A stretch of DNA of 64,000 nt from an uncultured Candidatus Saccharibacteria bacterium (GTDB lineage Bacteria; Patescibacteriota; Minisyncoccia; Phycocordibacterales; UBA2163). Shown one piece after another: positions 21,046 through 30,580 of the stretch. The notes below the pieces were generated by a model that searched no databases, had not been told where the DNA came from, and saw nothing but the letters and a program-made list of their open reading frames with translations. The DNA lies in the NCBI GenBank assembly GCA_964626705.1, contig CAZVGL010000002.1, positions 386 to 64,385 on the forward strand, given 5' to 3'. Made by a program: the position numbers and the translations under genes. How positions within the stretch are numbered: position 1 is the stretch's first letter; the number at the start of each line of letters is the position of its first letter.

Positions 21046-22674
21046 ATGAACGTCTTAAGTAATTTAGATCTACTTTCTGTTGGACTAACTATTGCAGGTA
21101 TTGGAATACTTGGATTTGTTATATATTTTAATAATCCAAAAAGTATTACTAGCCGCTCATTTTTATTTTTTTCTATAACCTCCATACTTTGGGGTATAGC
21201 AAATTATATAAATTATAAATTTACTTCAGAAACTGCCATTCTTTGGACATTAAGAATAGCTATCTTTCTTGCTGTATGGCATGCTTTTTCTCTTTTTCAA
21301 CTATTATATGTTTTTCCAAAAAAAGAATTTAAATTTTCTAAATTATATAAATACACCTTAGTTCCATTAGTATCTATAACCTCCCTTATTCTTCTTACAC
21401 CAATAGCTTTTGTAAAAGTGACTAAATTAGCAACACCTGGAGAGGTGTCTATCGTTGCAAAAGGTCCTGGCATGATTGCATTTATTTTATTAATTATCTT
21501 TTTAGTATCAACAGCATTCTATGTTCTATTAAAGAAAATAAATAATGCAAAAGATAACGCAAAAACCCAAGCAACAATGGTATTTATAGGATTACTTATA
21601 ACGTTTGCATTAATTATAACCTTTAACTTCTTGCTACCAGCCTTATTTGATATTGTAAAGTTAATACCACTGGGTGCTATTTTTATACTGCCATTTATAT
21701 TATTTACATCGTACGCAATACTTAAGCATAAGTTATTTGATATCAAGGTCATAACCACTGCTATCATGGCATTTGTACTTTCTATTGTTACATTTCTTGA
21801 AATCATATTTTCAGAAGGACTTGACCAAATAATTTTTAGAAGTAGTGTATTTATTCTTGTACTTGTATTTAGTGTTTTTCTTCTTAAAAGTGTCCGTAAA
21901 GAAGTAGTGCAAAGGCAACAAATCGAAAAGCTTGCAGATACTTTAGCGAAAGCGAATGTGCGCCTGAAAGAACTTGATAAAATGAAGTCTGAGTTTGTTT
22001 CTTTTGCAACACATCAGATACGCGCACCTATAACTGCTATAAAAGGTTACACTTCTTTAATACTTGAAGGTTCATATGGGGAAGTGTCCAGTGAGATGAA
22101 AGAAGCTATTGATAGAATATACAAATCCAGCCAATCTCTAGCTATTGTTGTAGAAGATTATCTAAACATATCTCGCATTGAGATGGGTAGAATGAAATAT
22201 AACTTTAAAGTCTTAGATTTTGGTAAACTCATTCGTGAAATTGCTGAAGAACTAAAACCTACTGTATTAAAAGCAAAGCTTGAGATATTAATAGACATTG
22301 ATGACAGTAAAGAATACAAAGCAAAGATGGACGAGGGTAAGATGAGGCAGGTTGTTATAAACTTGATAGACAATGCAGTCAAATATACAAAAAAAGGGTC
22401 AATAAAAATATCTCTATCCAAAGACGAAAAGAGAAATAAACTGATCGCACAAATCTCAGATACAGGTATTGGTATTGAAAAAGAAACAATGCCGAAACTC
22501 TTCAAGAAATTCTCACGTGCTAAAGATGCGAATGATACAAACATACATGGTACAGGTGTCGGACTTTACATTGCTAAAGTTATGGCAGAAGCACATGACG
22601 GTGGTCGTATTTGGGCAGAGTCAGAAGGAGAAGGGAAGGGCTCACAGTTTTATATAGAAGTGGACAGTATTTAA
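21046..22674 (+). CDS. sensor histidine kinase with N-terminal 7TM-type membrane sensor domain
   Basis: About 280 aa with 7 predicted TM helices, then a coiled-coil. H-box FVSFATHQIRAPITAIKGY, N/G boxes NLIDNAVKYT and GTGVGLYIAKVMAEAHDGGRIWAESEGEGKGSQF. No adjacent response regulator. Confidence 0.85.
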   Translation: MNVLSNLDLLSVGLTIAGIGILGFVIYFNNPKSITSRSFLFFSITSILWGIANYINYKFTSETAILWTLRIAIFLAVWHAFSLFQLLYVFPKKEFKFSKLYKYTLVPLVSITSLILLTPIAFVKVTKLATPGEVSIVAKGPGMIAFILLIIFLVSTAFYVLLKKINNAKDNAKTQATMVFIGLLITFALIITFNFLLPALFDIVKLIPLGAIFILPFILFTSYAILKHKLFDIKVITTAIMAFVLSIVTFLEIIFSEGLDQIIFRSSVFILVLVFSVFLLKSVRKEVVQRQQIEKLADTLAKANVRLKELDKMKSEFVSFATHQIRAPITAIKGYTSLILEGSYGEVSSEMKEAIDRIYKSSQSLAIVVEDYLNISRIEMGRMKYNFKVLDFGKLIREIAEELKPTVLKAKLEILIDIDDSKEYKAKMDEGKMRQVVINLIDNAVKYTKKGSIKISLSKDEKRNKLIAQISDTGIGIEKETMPKLFKKFSRAKDANDTNIHGTGVGLYIAKVMAEAHDGGRIWAESEGEGKGSQFYIEVDSI

Positions 22675-22704
22675 ATAGTGCATGATAAAATCAAATATTT
22701 AATT

Positions 22705-23274
22705 ATGAAAAATATTCAAACAATCACTGAGAAATATTTTCAAATGTTTCCAGAAGATAAGAGGAGTCTAGAACACCTAACAAAACAATTAAAAAAAAGT
22801 GAGGATATTTTTAATCGCAAAAACTTTACAGGCCATGTAGTTGCAAATTCATTAGTTTTGAATTCTAAAAACGAAGTTCTGACTATATTTCACAATAAGC
22901 TAAAGATGTACATACAGCCCGGTGGGCATGTAGACCAGACAGATGAATTAGTTGTAGATGCAACCAGAAGAGAGCTTGCGGAAGAAACAGGACTAAAGGA
23001 TGTAGACTTGGATGAATGGCATAAAGAGACAAGTATTCCTATTTTTATTGAATCTCACTTAATACCGCAAAACGTTCAAAAAGAGGAGGAGGAACATTAT
23101 CATCATGATTTGATGTATATATTTAAAACAAATACAAACGATGTCGAACTACAACCAGAAGAAGTGTCGGACTATAAGTGGATTAACATAAACAAGATAT
23201 TAGAAGATGATCCAGATTCATTTATTGGCAAATCACTTACAAGAATGCTTGAACTAAATATTATAAAAATATGA
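22705..23274 (+). CDS. Nudix hydrolase
   Basis: Nudix box GGHVDQTDELVVDATRRELAEETGL (GX5EX7REUXEEXGU). ATG at 22705; an upstream in-frame GTG at 22678 is also possible. Confidence 0.8.
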   Translation: MKNIQTITEKYFQMFPEDKRSLEHLTKQLKKSEDIFNRKNFTGHVVANSLVLNSKNEVLTIFHNKLKMYIQPGGHVDQTDELVVDATRRELAEETGLKDVDLDEWHKETSIPIFIESHLIPQNVQKEEEEHYHHDLMYIFKTNTNDVELQPEEVSDYKWININKILEDDPDSFIGKSLTRMLELNIIKI

Positions 23275-23891
23275 CAAAAAATATAGAAGTTGAGGTACGT
23301 GGTATTTTAACTAAAAAAGATTACGACCAACTTAATAAAAAACTTCTTAAAGACGGTAAATTTATCTCACATAAAGACAGGGTCTTAATAGATTATTCTA
23401 CATTCATCAAAAAACAGGGTATCAAAAATAGAACTAAGGATATTAGACTAAGGGTTACAAACAAAATACCAGAGATTATAATTAAGTTAGGAAAATGGGG
23501 AGGCAACGACCAGCGTGAAGAACTATCTGTTCTAACAAAAAAAGGAAGTTTTGACACTTTGGTCAAAGCTTTTAATATTCTTGGCTATAGTAAGGGAATG
23601 CTATGTGTTCGTGACATTAAAGCATACAAATATAAAGGTGCAGAATTTGCCGTAGTAAGTATTCCTGGACATGGTTATTTTTATGAAGCTGAAAAGATTG
23701 TAAGTAACAGTAAGAAAGAAAAAGAACAAGCCAGCTTGAAGCTTGAAAAAATATGTAGTGAACTAAACCTTGAAATACTTTCAGACAAAGATCACTGTGA
23801 TTATGTAGAAAAGTTGAATAAAGAAATCAATGAAGTCTTCGATTTTAAGAACTATACAGACGATTACTTTAAAAATAGATTTAATCTTTAA
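23271..23891 (+). CDS. hypothetical protein, possible CYTH (triphosphate tunnel metalloenzyme)-like domain
   Basis: N-terminal IEVEVRGIL resembles the CYTH ExExK/R signature and the size (206 aa) is compatible. Overlaps the Nudix stop by ATGA. Weak call. Confidence 0.35.
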   Translation: MTKNIEVEVRGILTKKDYDQLNKKLLKDGKFISHKDRVLIDYSTFIKKQGIKNRTKDIRLRVTNKIPEIIIKLGKWGGNDQREELSVLTKKGSFDTLVKAFNILGYSKGMLCVRDIKAYKYKGAEFAVVSIPGHGYFYEAEKIVSNSKKEKEQASLKLEKICSELNLEILSDKDHCDYVEKLNKEINEVFDFKNYTDDYFKNRFNL

Positions 23892-23951
23892 AAATACTCT
23901 TGTGTAAAAAATAGCTTTTAAAATAAGCTGTTTTTTGGTATTATTTTGATA

Positions 23952-24941
23952 ATGATAAATAAAGATAAAACATTACTATCTGGCTTAAAACCTACTGGAG
24001 CGCCTCATATAGGCAACTATTTTGGAATGATGAAGCAGATTGTGGATCTACAAAACGACTACAAAGAATCGCTTGTTTTTGTTGCCGACTATCACGCACT
24101 CAATCATATTCAAAATGCTGACGAAATGAGAAAAAATGTTTTTAAAGTAGCGCTAGATTATTTAGCTGTGGGACTTGACCCAAAGAAAGTAACTATATTT
24201 AAACAGTCTGATATACCACAACATGCAGAACTTGCAGTAATCTTTAATACAATAACGACTATGCCATACCTTATGCGAGCACATGCTTTCAAAGACGCAG
24301 AAGCTAAGAATAAAGAAATAAGTGTTGGTACATTTGACTACCCGATGCTTATGGCAGCGGATATACTTATGTATGACACAGATGCAGTGCCTGTAGGACA
24401 AGACCAAAAGCAGCACATAGAAATAACGCGCGACACTGCAGAGAAATTTAATAGAGTATTTGGTGATGAGTTTAAACTTCCAGAGCCTCTGATACTTGAG
24501 GATGTTGCTACAGTACCAGGTGTAGATGGTCAAAAGATGAGTAAGAGCTATAACAACACTATCCCTCTTTTTGCAGAAGATGAGGAGATTCAAAAAGCAG
24601 TTATGTCTATAGTTACAGACTCAAAGAGTCCAGAAGAGAAGAAAGATCCGAAAGAAGATAATATATTTGCTTTACATAAACTTTTTAGTACAGAAGATGA
24701 ACTTAAAGATATAGAGAAAAGATACGAGGACGGGGGAATGGGGTATAAAGAATCAAAAGAGATATTAATAGAAAGTATTAAAAAGTTTATAACTCCACTC
24801 AGAGAAAAGCGAAAAGAACTTGAGAAGAATAGGAAAAGTATAATAAAAATGCTGGAAGAAAATGGAGAAAAGATGCGAAATAGAGCAGAGGAGAAAATGA
24901 AGAAAGTAAGAGAGAAAGTTGGAGTTAGTTTAAAAAATTAA
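23952..24941 (+). CDS. trpS: tryptophanyl-tRNA synthetase
   Basis: HIGH-type motif GAPHIGNYFG, KMSKS motif (GQKMSKSYNN) and about 330 aa. ATG at 23952 sits 7 nt after a TATTAT box. Confidence 0.9.
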   Translation: MINKDKTLLSGLKPTGAPHIGNYFGMMKQIVDLQNDYKESLVFVADYHALNHIQNADEMRKNVFKVALDYLAVGLDPKKVTIFKQSDIPQHAELAVIFNTITTMPYLMRAHAFKDAEAKNKEISVGTFDYPMLMAADILMYDTDAVPVGQDQKQHIEITRDTAEKFNRVFGDEFKLPEPLILEDVATVPGVDGQKMSKSYNNTIPLFAEDEEIQKAVMSIVTDSKSPEEKKDPKEDNIFALHKLFSTEDELKDIEKRYEDGGMGYKESKEILIESIKKFITPLREKRKELEKNRKSIIKMLEENGEKMRNRAEEKMKKVREKVGVSLKN

Positions 24942-24951
24942 ATTTAAAAAC

Positions 24952-26349
24952 ATGAACAGAATTTATATAAAAGATCTAAAAGATCATGCGGAGAAAGAGG
25001 TCACAATAAAAGGCTGGATCGACGTACGTCGAGACCAAGGGAAAATGATCTTCTTCGACTTTAGAGACATGTCAGGCAAAGTACAGGGTGTTGTACTACC
25101 TGGTGCTACAGAAGCGCTTGCAGTAGGGGAGAAAGTACGACCAGAATGGGTTGTAGAAGTACGCGGTAAAGTAAACAAACGTCCTGACAATGCCGTGCAG
25201 GCAGATAAGCTTAATGGAGATATTGAGCTTGAAGTACTTGAAATTATCGTCCTAAACGAGGCTGAGACTTTACCTTTTGACATTGAAGGTGATGGAAAAG
25301 AGATCAATGAAGAAGTAAGGCTTCGTTATCGTTATATAGATTTGCGTCGAGAAAGAATGCAAAAAAACATGCGCAATAGACATGAGATAACTCATTTTGT
25401 AAGAAACTTTTATAAAAAAGAAGGCTTTGCAGAGATAGAGACTCCTAATATGACAAAATCTACACCTGAAGGTGCGCGTGATTATGTAGTACCTTCACGT
25501 GTTGAACAAGGTAAGTTTTATGCACTTCCACAATCTCCACAACAATATAAACAACTTTTAATGTCAGCATCATTTGAGAAATATTTTCAAATAGCACGCT
25601 GTTTTAGAGACGAAGATACAAGAGGAGACCGACAGCCTGAGTTCACACAAATAGATATGGAGATGAGTTTTGTAGAACAAGAAGACGTAATGGCAATAAA
25701 TGAAAAGATGCTAATAGAGCTTGTTAAAACACTTTATCCAGAGAAAAAAATCCAAGAAACTCCGTTTCCAAGGATTACCTACAAAGAAGCTATGGAGAAA
25801 TATGGTAGCGATAGGCCAGACCTAAGAAAAGACAAAAATGATCCCAATGAACTTGCTTTCTGTTGGGTTATTGATTTCCCAATGTTTGAGAAGACAGATA
25901 GTGGAGCATGGACATTTACACACAATCCATTCTCTGCAACACAACCTGAACACACGGATGATTTAATAAAAGGAGAGAATACAGAAAATATACTAGCAGC
26001 ACAATACGATATAGTGTTAAACGGAAGTGAAATAGGTGGTGGAAGTATACGAAGCCATAAACCAGATGTACTTAGAAAAGTTTTCGAAACAATGGGTTAT
26101 GAATCAGAAAGAATAGATACAAATTTCGGCCATATGCTTAAAGCTCTTGCATCTGGTACGCCACCACACGGAGGTATTGCTTTTGGGTTTGATAGACTTG
26201 TAATGCTTCTTCAGAACGAACCAAACATCCGCGAAGTAATACCGTTTGCAAAGACTGGGGAAGGGAAAGACTTAATGATGGATGCGCCGGCAGAAGTAGA
26301 CCCAAAACAACTCGACGAACTTGGGATTAAAATAGCTAAAGATAAATGA
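24952..26349 (+). CDS. aspS: aspartyl-tRNA synthetase (short form lacking the bacterial insertion domain)
   Basis: N-terminal OB fold. Class II motifs FRDEDTRGDRQPEFTQIDMEMSF and GGIAFGFDRLVMLL. 465 aa. Confidence 0.9.
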   Translation: MNRIYIKDLKDHAEKEVTIKGWIDVRRDQGKMIFFDFRDMSGKVQGVVLPGATEALAVGEKVRPEWVVEVRGKVNKRPDNAVQADKLNGDIELEVLEIIVLNEAETLPFDIEGDGKEINEEVRLRYRYIDLRRERMQKNMRNRHEITHFVRNFYKKEGFAEIETPNMTKSTPEGARDYVVPSRVEQGKFYALPQSPQQYKQLLMSASFEKYFQIARCFRDEDTRGDRQPEFTQIDMEMSFVEQEDVMAINEKMLIELVKTLYPEKKIQETPFPRITYKEAMEKYGSDRPDLRKDKNDPNELAFCWVIDFPMFEKTDSGAWTFTHNPFSATQPEHTDDLIKGENTENILAAQYDIVLNGSEIGGGSIRSHKPDVLRKVFETMGYESERIDTNFGHMLKALASGTPPHGGIAFGFDRLVMLLQNEPNIREVIPFAKTGEGKDLMMDAPAEVDPKQLDELGIKIAKDK

Positions 26350-27089
26350 TAACAGAAGAGCAGTCTTATACAATAAAAACAGAGGCGTTTGAGGGTCCGC
26401 TTGATCTTCTTCTTTCTCTTATTGAAAAAAGAAAGCTCTTTATTAGCGACATATCACTTGCGCAAGTTGCAGATGATTATATTGAGTATATAAATGGTCA
26501 AGAAAATTTTCCTGTTGCAAGCACGGCAGACTTTATACTCGTAGCATCTACTCTTGTACTTATCAAATCAAAATCACTATTGCCAACACTTGATTTGTCT
26601 TCCGAAGAACAAGAAAGTATCGATGATCTCGAAAAACGCTTAAGACTATACCAAAGAGTAAAGGAATTATCATTTCATGTAAGTAAAAACTTTGGTAAGA
26701 ATGTTATGTATCCAAAAACTCTTTCAAAAACTGTAATGCCAGTATTTTCACCAGACGAAGATCTTTCTGTTTCAAAGATAAAAGAAGGAGTTATGTCAGT
26801 ACTTCATAACCTACCAAAAAAAATTGCTGCTATACCCAAAAAAGTTGTGGAGAAAGTTATTTCACTTGAAGAAATAATGGAAAATCTTACAGAGAGGATC
26901 ACCAAAAACCTTAGGATGAGTTTTAAAGAATTCTCTGGAATAGGGAAAGCTCAAAAGGTAGATGTTATAGTAAGCTTCCTTGCAATGCTTGAACTAGTAA
27001 AGCAGGGCGCAATATCAGTAAACCAAGATCAGCGCTTCTCTGACATAACAATAGAGTCTGATAACGTGGGAATCCCCAAATATGACTAG
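26346..27089 (+). CDS. scpA: segregation and condensation protein A
   Basis: 247 aa. N-terminal FEGPLDLLLSLIEKRKLFISDISLAQVADDYIEYI is a typical ScpA kleisin N-terminus. Overlaps the aspS stop. Confidence 0.8.
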   Translation: MITEEQSYTIKTEAFEGPLDLLLSLIEKRKLFISDISLAQVADDYIEYINGQENFPVASTADFILVASTLVLIKSKSLLPTLDLSSEEQESIDDLEKRLRLYQRVKELSFHVSKNFGKNVMYPKTLSKTVMPVFSPDEDLSVSKIKEGVMSVLHNLPKKIAAIPKKVVEKVISLEEIMENLTERITKNLRMSFKEFSGIGKAQKVDVIVSFLAMLELVKQGAISVNQDQRFSDITIESDNVGIPKYD

Positions 27090-27121
27090 ATTATTAATGA
27101 TTAGTAGGTTAGTATTTTAAA

Positions 27122-27679
27122 ATGACTCTTGATGCAAAAATAGAAGCATTACTTTTTTATAAAGGTGAGGCAATGAAAGTAAAAGAGCTTGTGAAGCTTT
27201 TGGATGTGGATAAAGAAAGCATAGAAAATGCACTTAATATTCTTAAAGAAAAACTATCTGAAAGAGGGTTGCAGATCATAACAAAAGAGGATGAAATACA
27301 ACTCGTCACAGCTTCAGAAATATCAGGGATTATAGAACAAATCAGAAAAGATGAACTTACTAAAGATTTAGGAAAAGCGGGCGCTGAGACGCTGGCTATA
27401 GTATTATATAAAGGACCTATAACACGTGCTGAGATTGACTATATAAGAGGGGTTAATTCTACTTTTATCTTGCGAAACCTACTTATTAGAGGGTTGGTTG
27501 AAAAAATCTCAAATCCAAATGATCAAAGAAGCTTCTTGTATAAACCAACACTTGAACTTTTGTCATTTCTAGGGGTAAGTAACATTGAAGAACTTCCCGA
27601 ATTTGATACAGTACAAGATGAGTTAAGTAAATTTGCAGATGTAACTGAAGAAGAAAACGAAGAAGTAGAACAAAACTAA
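27122..27679 (+). CDS. scpB: segregation and condensation protein B
   Basis: 185 aa with tandem winged-helix blocks (IEALLFYKGEAMKVKEL...GPITRAEIDYIRGVNSTFILRNLLIRGLV). Confidence 0.8.
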   Translation: MTLDAKIEALLFYKGEAMKVKELVKLLDVDKESIENALNILKEKLSERGLQIITKEDEIQLVTASEISGIIEQIRKDELTKDLGKAGAETLAIVLYKGPITRAEIDYIRGVNSTFILRNLLIRGLVEKISNPNDQRSFLYKPTLELLSFLGVSNIEELPEFDTVQDELSKFADVTEEENEEVEQN

Positions 27680-27681
27680 AA

Positions 27682-28617
27682 ATGATTTCTATTATTAAAA
27701 AAAGCATATACGCAAAAATAATCGTCCTTCTAGGTGTAGTTTTTGTAATAGCTATGCTTATTATATTTACTGGAGATGATAACAGTAAAGTAGTACAGAT
27801 AGATGAGGAAATATATAAATATAATTATTTTGAAGACATATCTATCGAAGCACAGTCTGCTTTTGTATGGGATGTAAACAAACAAAAAGTAATCTTTTCT
27901 ATAAACGGAGACGTGCAGCTTCCACTTGCATCACTAACAAAACTGATGACAGCTATTGTCGCCGATGATATTTTACCAGAATCATCTGTTGTTACAATTG
28001 ATAATAATTCAATTATTTCAGAAGGGGACAGTGGTTTATATGAAAACGAAAAATGGAACTTCAAAGAATTAATGCGATTTACACTTATGGTATCTTCAAA
28101 TGACGGAGCAAATGCCGTAGCGAATGTTGCCGGACTTTTTAAAAATGATTTCCCAAGCAGAAAAGAAGATAATAAAAAATCTTTTGTGCAAGCTATGAAT
28201 GAAAAAGCAAAGGAAATAGGATTAAGTCAGACTTATTTTATAAACCCTACAGGACTTGATACAAATAAAATAGTAAGTGGCGGATATGGTTCGGCTAAAG
28301 ATGCGGCAAAGTTACTTGAATATGCTGTTATAAATGCACCTGACATAGTTGAGCTAACAAGACACACTAGGATTAACTTTGAGTCTCTAAGCGACATAAA
28401 CCATGTTGCGACTAATACAAACTCTTCTATAGATAGGGTCCCTGGACTTATTGCATCAAAGACAGGTTTTACTGATCTTGCTGGTGGGAATCTTGTAGTA
28501 GCATATGATGCAGGTATTAACCACCCTATCATCATAGCAGTACTTGGATCATCACAAAGTGGAAGGTTTGAAGATGTAGAAAAATTAGTCGATGCGAGCT
28601 TAAAATCTTTAGATTAA
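27682..28617 (+). CDS. D-alanyl-D-alanine carboxypeptidase (serine-type, PBP5/6-like)
   Basis: N-terminal TM anchor. SxxK (ASLTKLMT), SxN (SSND) and KTG (KTGFT) motifs in the canonical order. Confidence 0.8.
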   Translation: MISIIKKSIYAKIIVLLGVVFVIAMLIIFTGDDNSKVVQIDEEIYKYNYFEDISIEAQSAFVWDVNKQKVIFSINGDVQLPLASLTKLMTAIVADDILPESSVVTIDNNSIISEGDSGLYENEKWNFKELMRFTLMVSSNDGANAVANVAGLFKNDFPSRKEDNKKSFVQAMNEKAKEIGLSQTYFINPTGLDTNKIVSGGYGSAKDAAKLLEYAVINAPDIVELTRHTRINFESLSDINHVATNTNSSIDRVPGLIASKTGFTDLAGGNLVVAYDAGINHPIIIAVLGSSQSGRFEDVEKLVDASLKSLD

Positions 28618-28618
28618 A

Positions 28619-29692
28619 ATGATTATAGACATTGTAAAAGTATTTACTGCTTCTTCTGCCGCATTTATCATAGGGATGCTTATTACTCCTGCTGTAACAC
28701 ATTATTTATATAAATACAAAGCATGGAAAAAAAACAATGTCGCAGTCGCAACAGATGGCAGGTCTGCTGAGATATCTCAACGTTTACATAATGACGAACA
28801 GAAAAAAACACCTCGTATGGGAGGTATTGTCGTTTGGGGAAGTGCTTTTATAACCATCATTGCAATATGGCTTATCTCTAAAATATTCCCGACTGACTTG
28901 ACTGTAAAACTTGATTTCTTAAGTAGAGACCAAACATGGATACCTCTTTTTACTTTGATGGCAGGGTCACTCGTTGGGATGATAGATGATATCCTTGAAG
29001 TAAAAGGTAACAGTAAACGTCTTGCAGGTGGACTTTCGTCAAAGAAACGTCTTTTTGTAGTTGGTCTTATATCACTTTTTGTAGCATGGTGGTTTTTCAC
29101 AAAGCTCGGAGTTACATCTGTCGGCTTTCCATTCTTAGAAGATATAAACCTCGGTTTTTGGTTTATTCCTTTTTTTGTATTTACCACTATTGCAGTTTAC
29201 GCCGGAGGTGTAATAGACGGATTAGATGGACTCTCAGGTGGCGTGTTTGCTTCAATGTTTGCTGCATATGCTGGTATTGCTTTTTATCAACAACAGATCA
29301 ACCTAGCAGCATTCTGCGCACTTATAGTCGGAGGAATACTCGCATTCTTATGGTTTAATATACCGCCTGCACGTTTTTATATGTCAGAAACTGGTATGAT
29401 GGGTCTCACGATCACACTGACAGTTGTTGCATTTATGACAGACTCACTCGGAGGAGGTCATGGTGTCACAGTACTTCCAATAATAGCTTTCCCACTTGTT
29501 GTTACGGTTTTATCTGTCGTTATACAACTCACCTCAAAAAAATTTAGAAATGGAAAAAAGGTTTTCTTGGTTTCTCCACTCCATCACAATCTTGAAGCTA
29601 TCGGCTGGCCTAGAGAAAAAGTAGTTATGAGATATTGGATAATAAGTGTTATTGTTGCTGTTATAGGTATTTCTATAGCACTCATCGGATAG
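28619..29692 (+). CDS. mraY: phospho-N-acetylmuramoyl-pentapeptide transferase
   Basis: 10-TM protein. GMIDDILEV, the DG/aspartate-rich loop and SPLHHNLEAIGWPREKVV (MraY PIHHHFE-type motif). Confidence 0.85.
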   Translation: MIIDIVKVFTASSAAFIIGMLITPAVTHYLYKYKAWKKNNVAVATDGRSAEISQRLHNDEQKKTPRMGGIVVWGSAFITIIAIWLISKIFPTDLTVKLDFLSRDQTWIPLFTLMAGSLVGMIDDILEVKGNSKRLAGGLSSKKRLFVVGLISLFVAWWFFTKLGVTSVGFPFLEDINLGFWFIPFFVFTTIAVYAGGVIDGLDGLSGGVFASMFAAYAGIAFYQQQINLAAFCALIVGGILAFLWFNIPPARFYMSETGMMGLTITLTVVAFMTDSLGGGHGVTVLPIIAFPLVVTVLSVVIQLTSKKFRNGKKVFLVSPLHHNLEAIGWPREKVVMRYWIISVIVAVIGISIALIG

Positions 29693-29755
29693 ACTTATAA
29701 GTTATACACATCATTTGGTACCTAACAACCAAAAGAGTGTATATAATATAAATAA

Positions 29756-30517
29756 ATGCAGAAAATAATCACAAAAACAATAATACTCCTTGCAGTATTA
29801 ACTCTCGCACTATCTGTAAACTACATCTTTGCAGCATGGACAGGACCAACAGAGGCTCCACCAGGAGGAAATACTCCGACACCTATTCATATTGGTACAA
29901 CAGATCAAGTAAAAGACGGAGGGCTATCACTTACTGGTCTTTCTGTGTTTGGCGGTGGGTATTTTCAGGGTAATGTAGGAGTTGGAGTAGTCACACCCAT
30001 AGAAGCACTTGAAGTTGCTGGTAATATAAAAACAACAGAAGGAATAAAAGTTGGTAACACAATAGACACTGATGCTGGAACTATCCGATGGACAGGTACT
30101 GATTTTGAAGGATACGATGGAACAGAATGGAAATCTCTGACGGCTGAAGGCGGTACAACGACAACAATAGTGTCTACAGATTATACGGAATGTGTTGGTT
30201 TGGGTGGTAGCTGGGTAGAAGTAGGTCAGATTTGTTATATAGCTGGTACAAGCTGTCCTTCTGGATGGGAAGCAGAAGAAAACTATAGCAGTACAGTACC
30301 AAATTCAGGATCTAGTGGCGGAATAGGAAGTACGTGTAATTTCAATGCCCCTCGACCGTCTTGCACGACAGGAAGTCACACAAGAGAAAATTCAGGTGTT
30401 GAAAGTTGTTCTTACGGTTATAAATCTCAGTGTAATACGAGAAACTGTAATCCTAATAGATGTACTGTATCGAGTGTTTCTGCCACTCAAACCGAAATCG
30501 GTTGTACTAAAAACTAA
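29756..30517 (+). CDS. secreted Cys-rich repeat protein (paralog A, one C-terminal Cys-rich module)
   Basis: Signal peptide MQKIITKTIILLAVLTLALSVNYIFA, a Gly/Thr-rich N-domain, then a ~100-aa module with about 10 Cys ending TQTEIGC. The N-terminal ~125 aa are shared with 36202..37248. Confidence 0.7.
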   Translation: MQKIITKTIILLAVLTLALSVNYIFAAWTGPTEAPPGGNTPTPIHIGTTDQVKDGGLSLTGLSVFGGGYFQGNVGVGVVTPIEALEVAGNIKTTEGIKVGNTIDTDAGTIRWTGTDFEGYDGTEWKSLTAEGGTTTTIVSTDYTECVGLGGSWVEVGQICYIAGTSCPSGWEAEENYSSTVPNSGSSGGIGSTCNFNAPRPSCTTGSHTRENSGVESCSYGYKSQCNTRNCNPNRCTVSSVSATQTEIGCTKN

Positions 30518-30580
30518 TTTAGTTAAAATAAAAACCATCAAAAAACCGGCAACAGGCGGATTTTTTGATATAATAACTTT

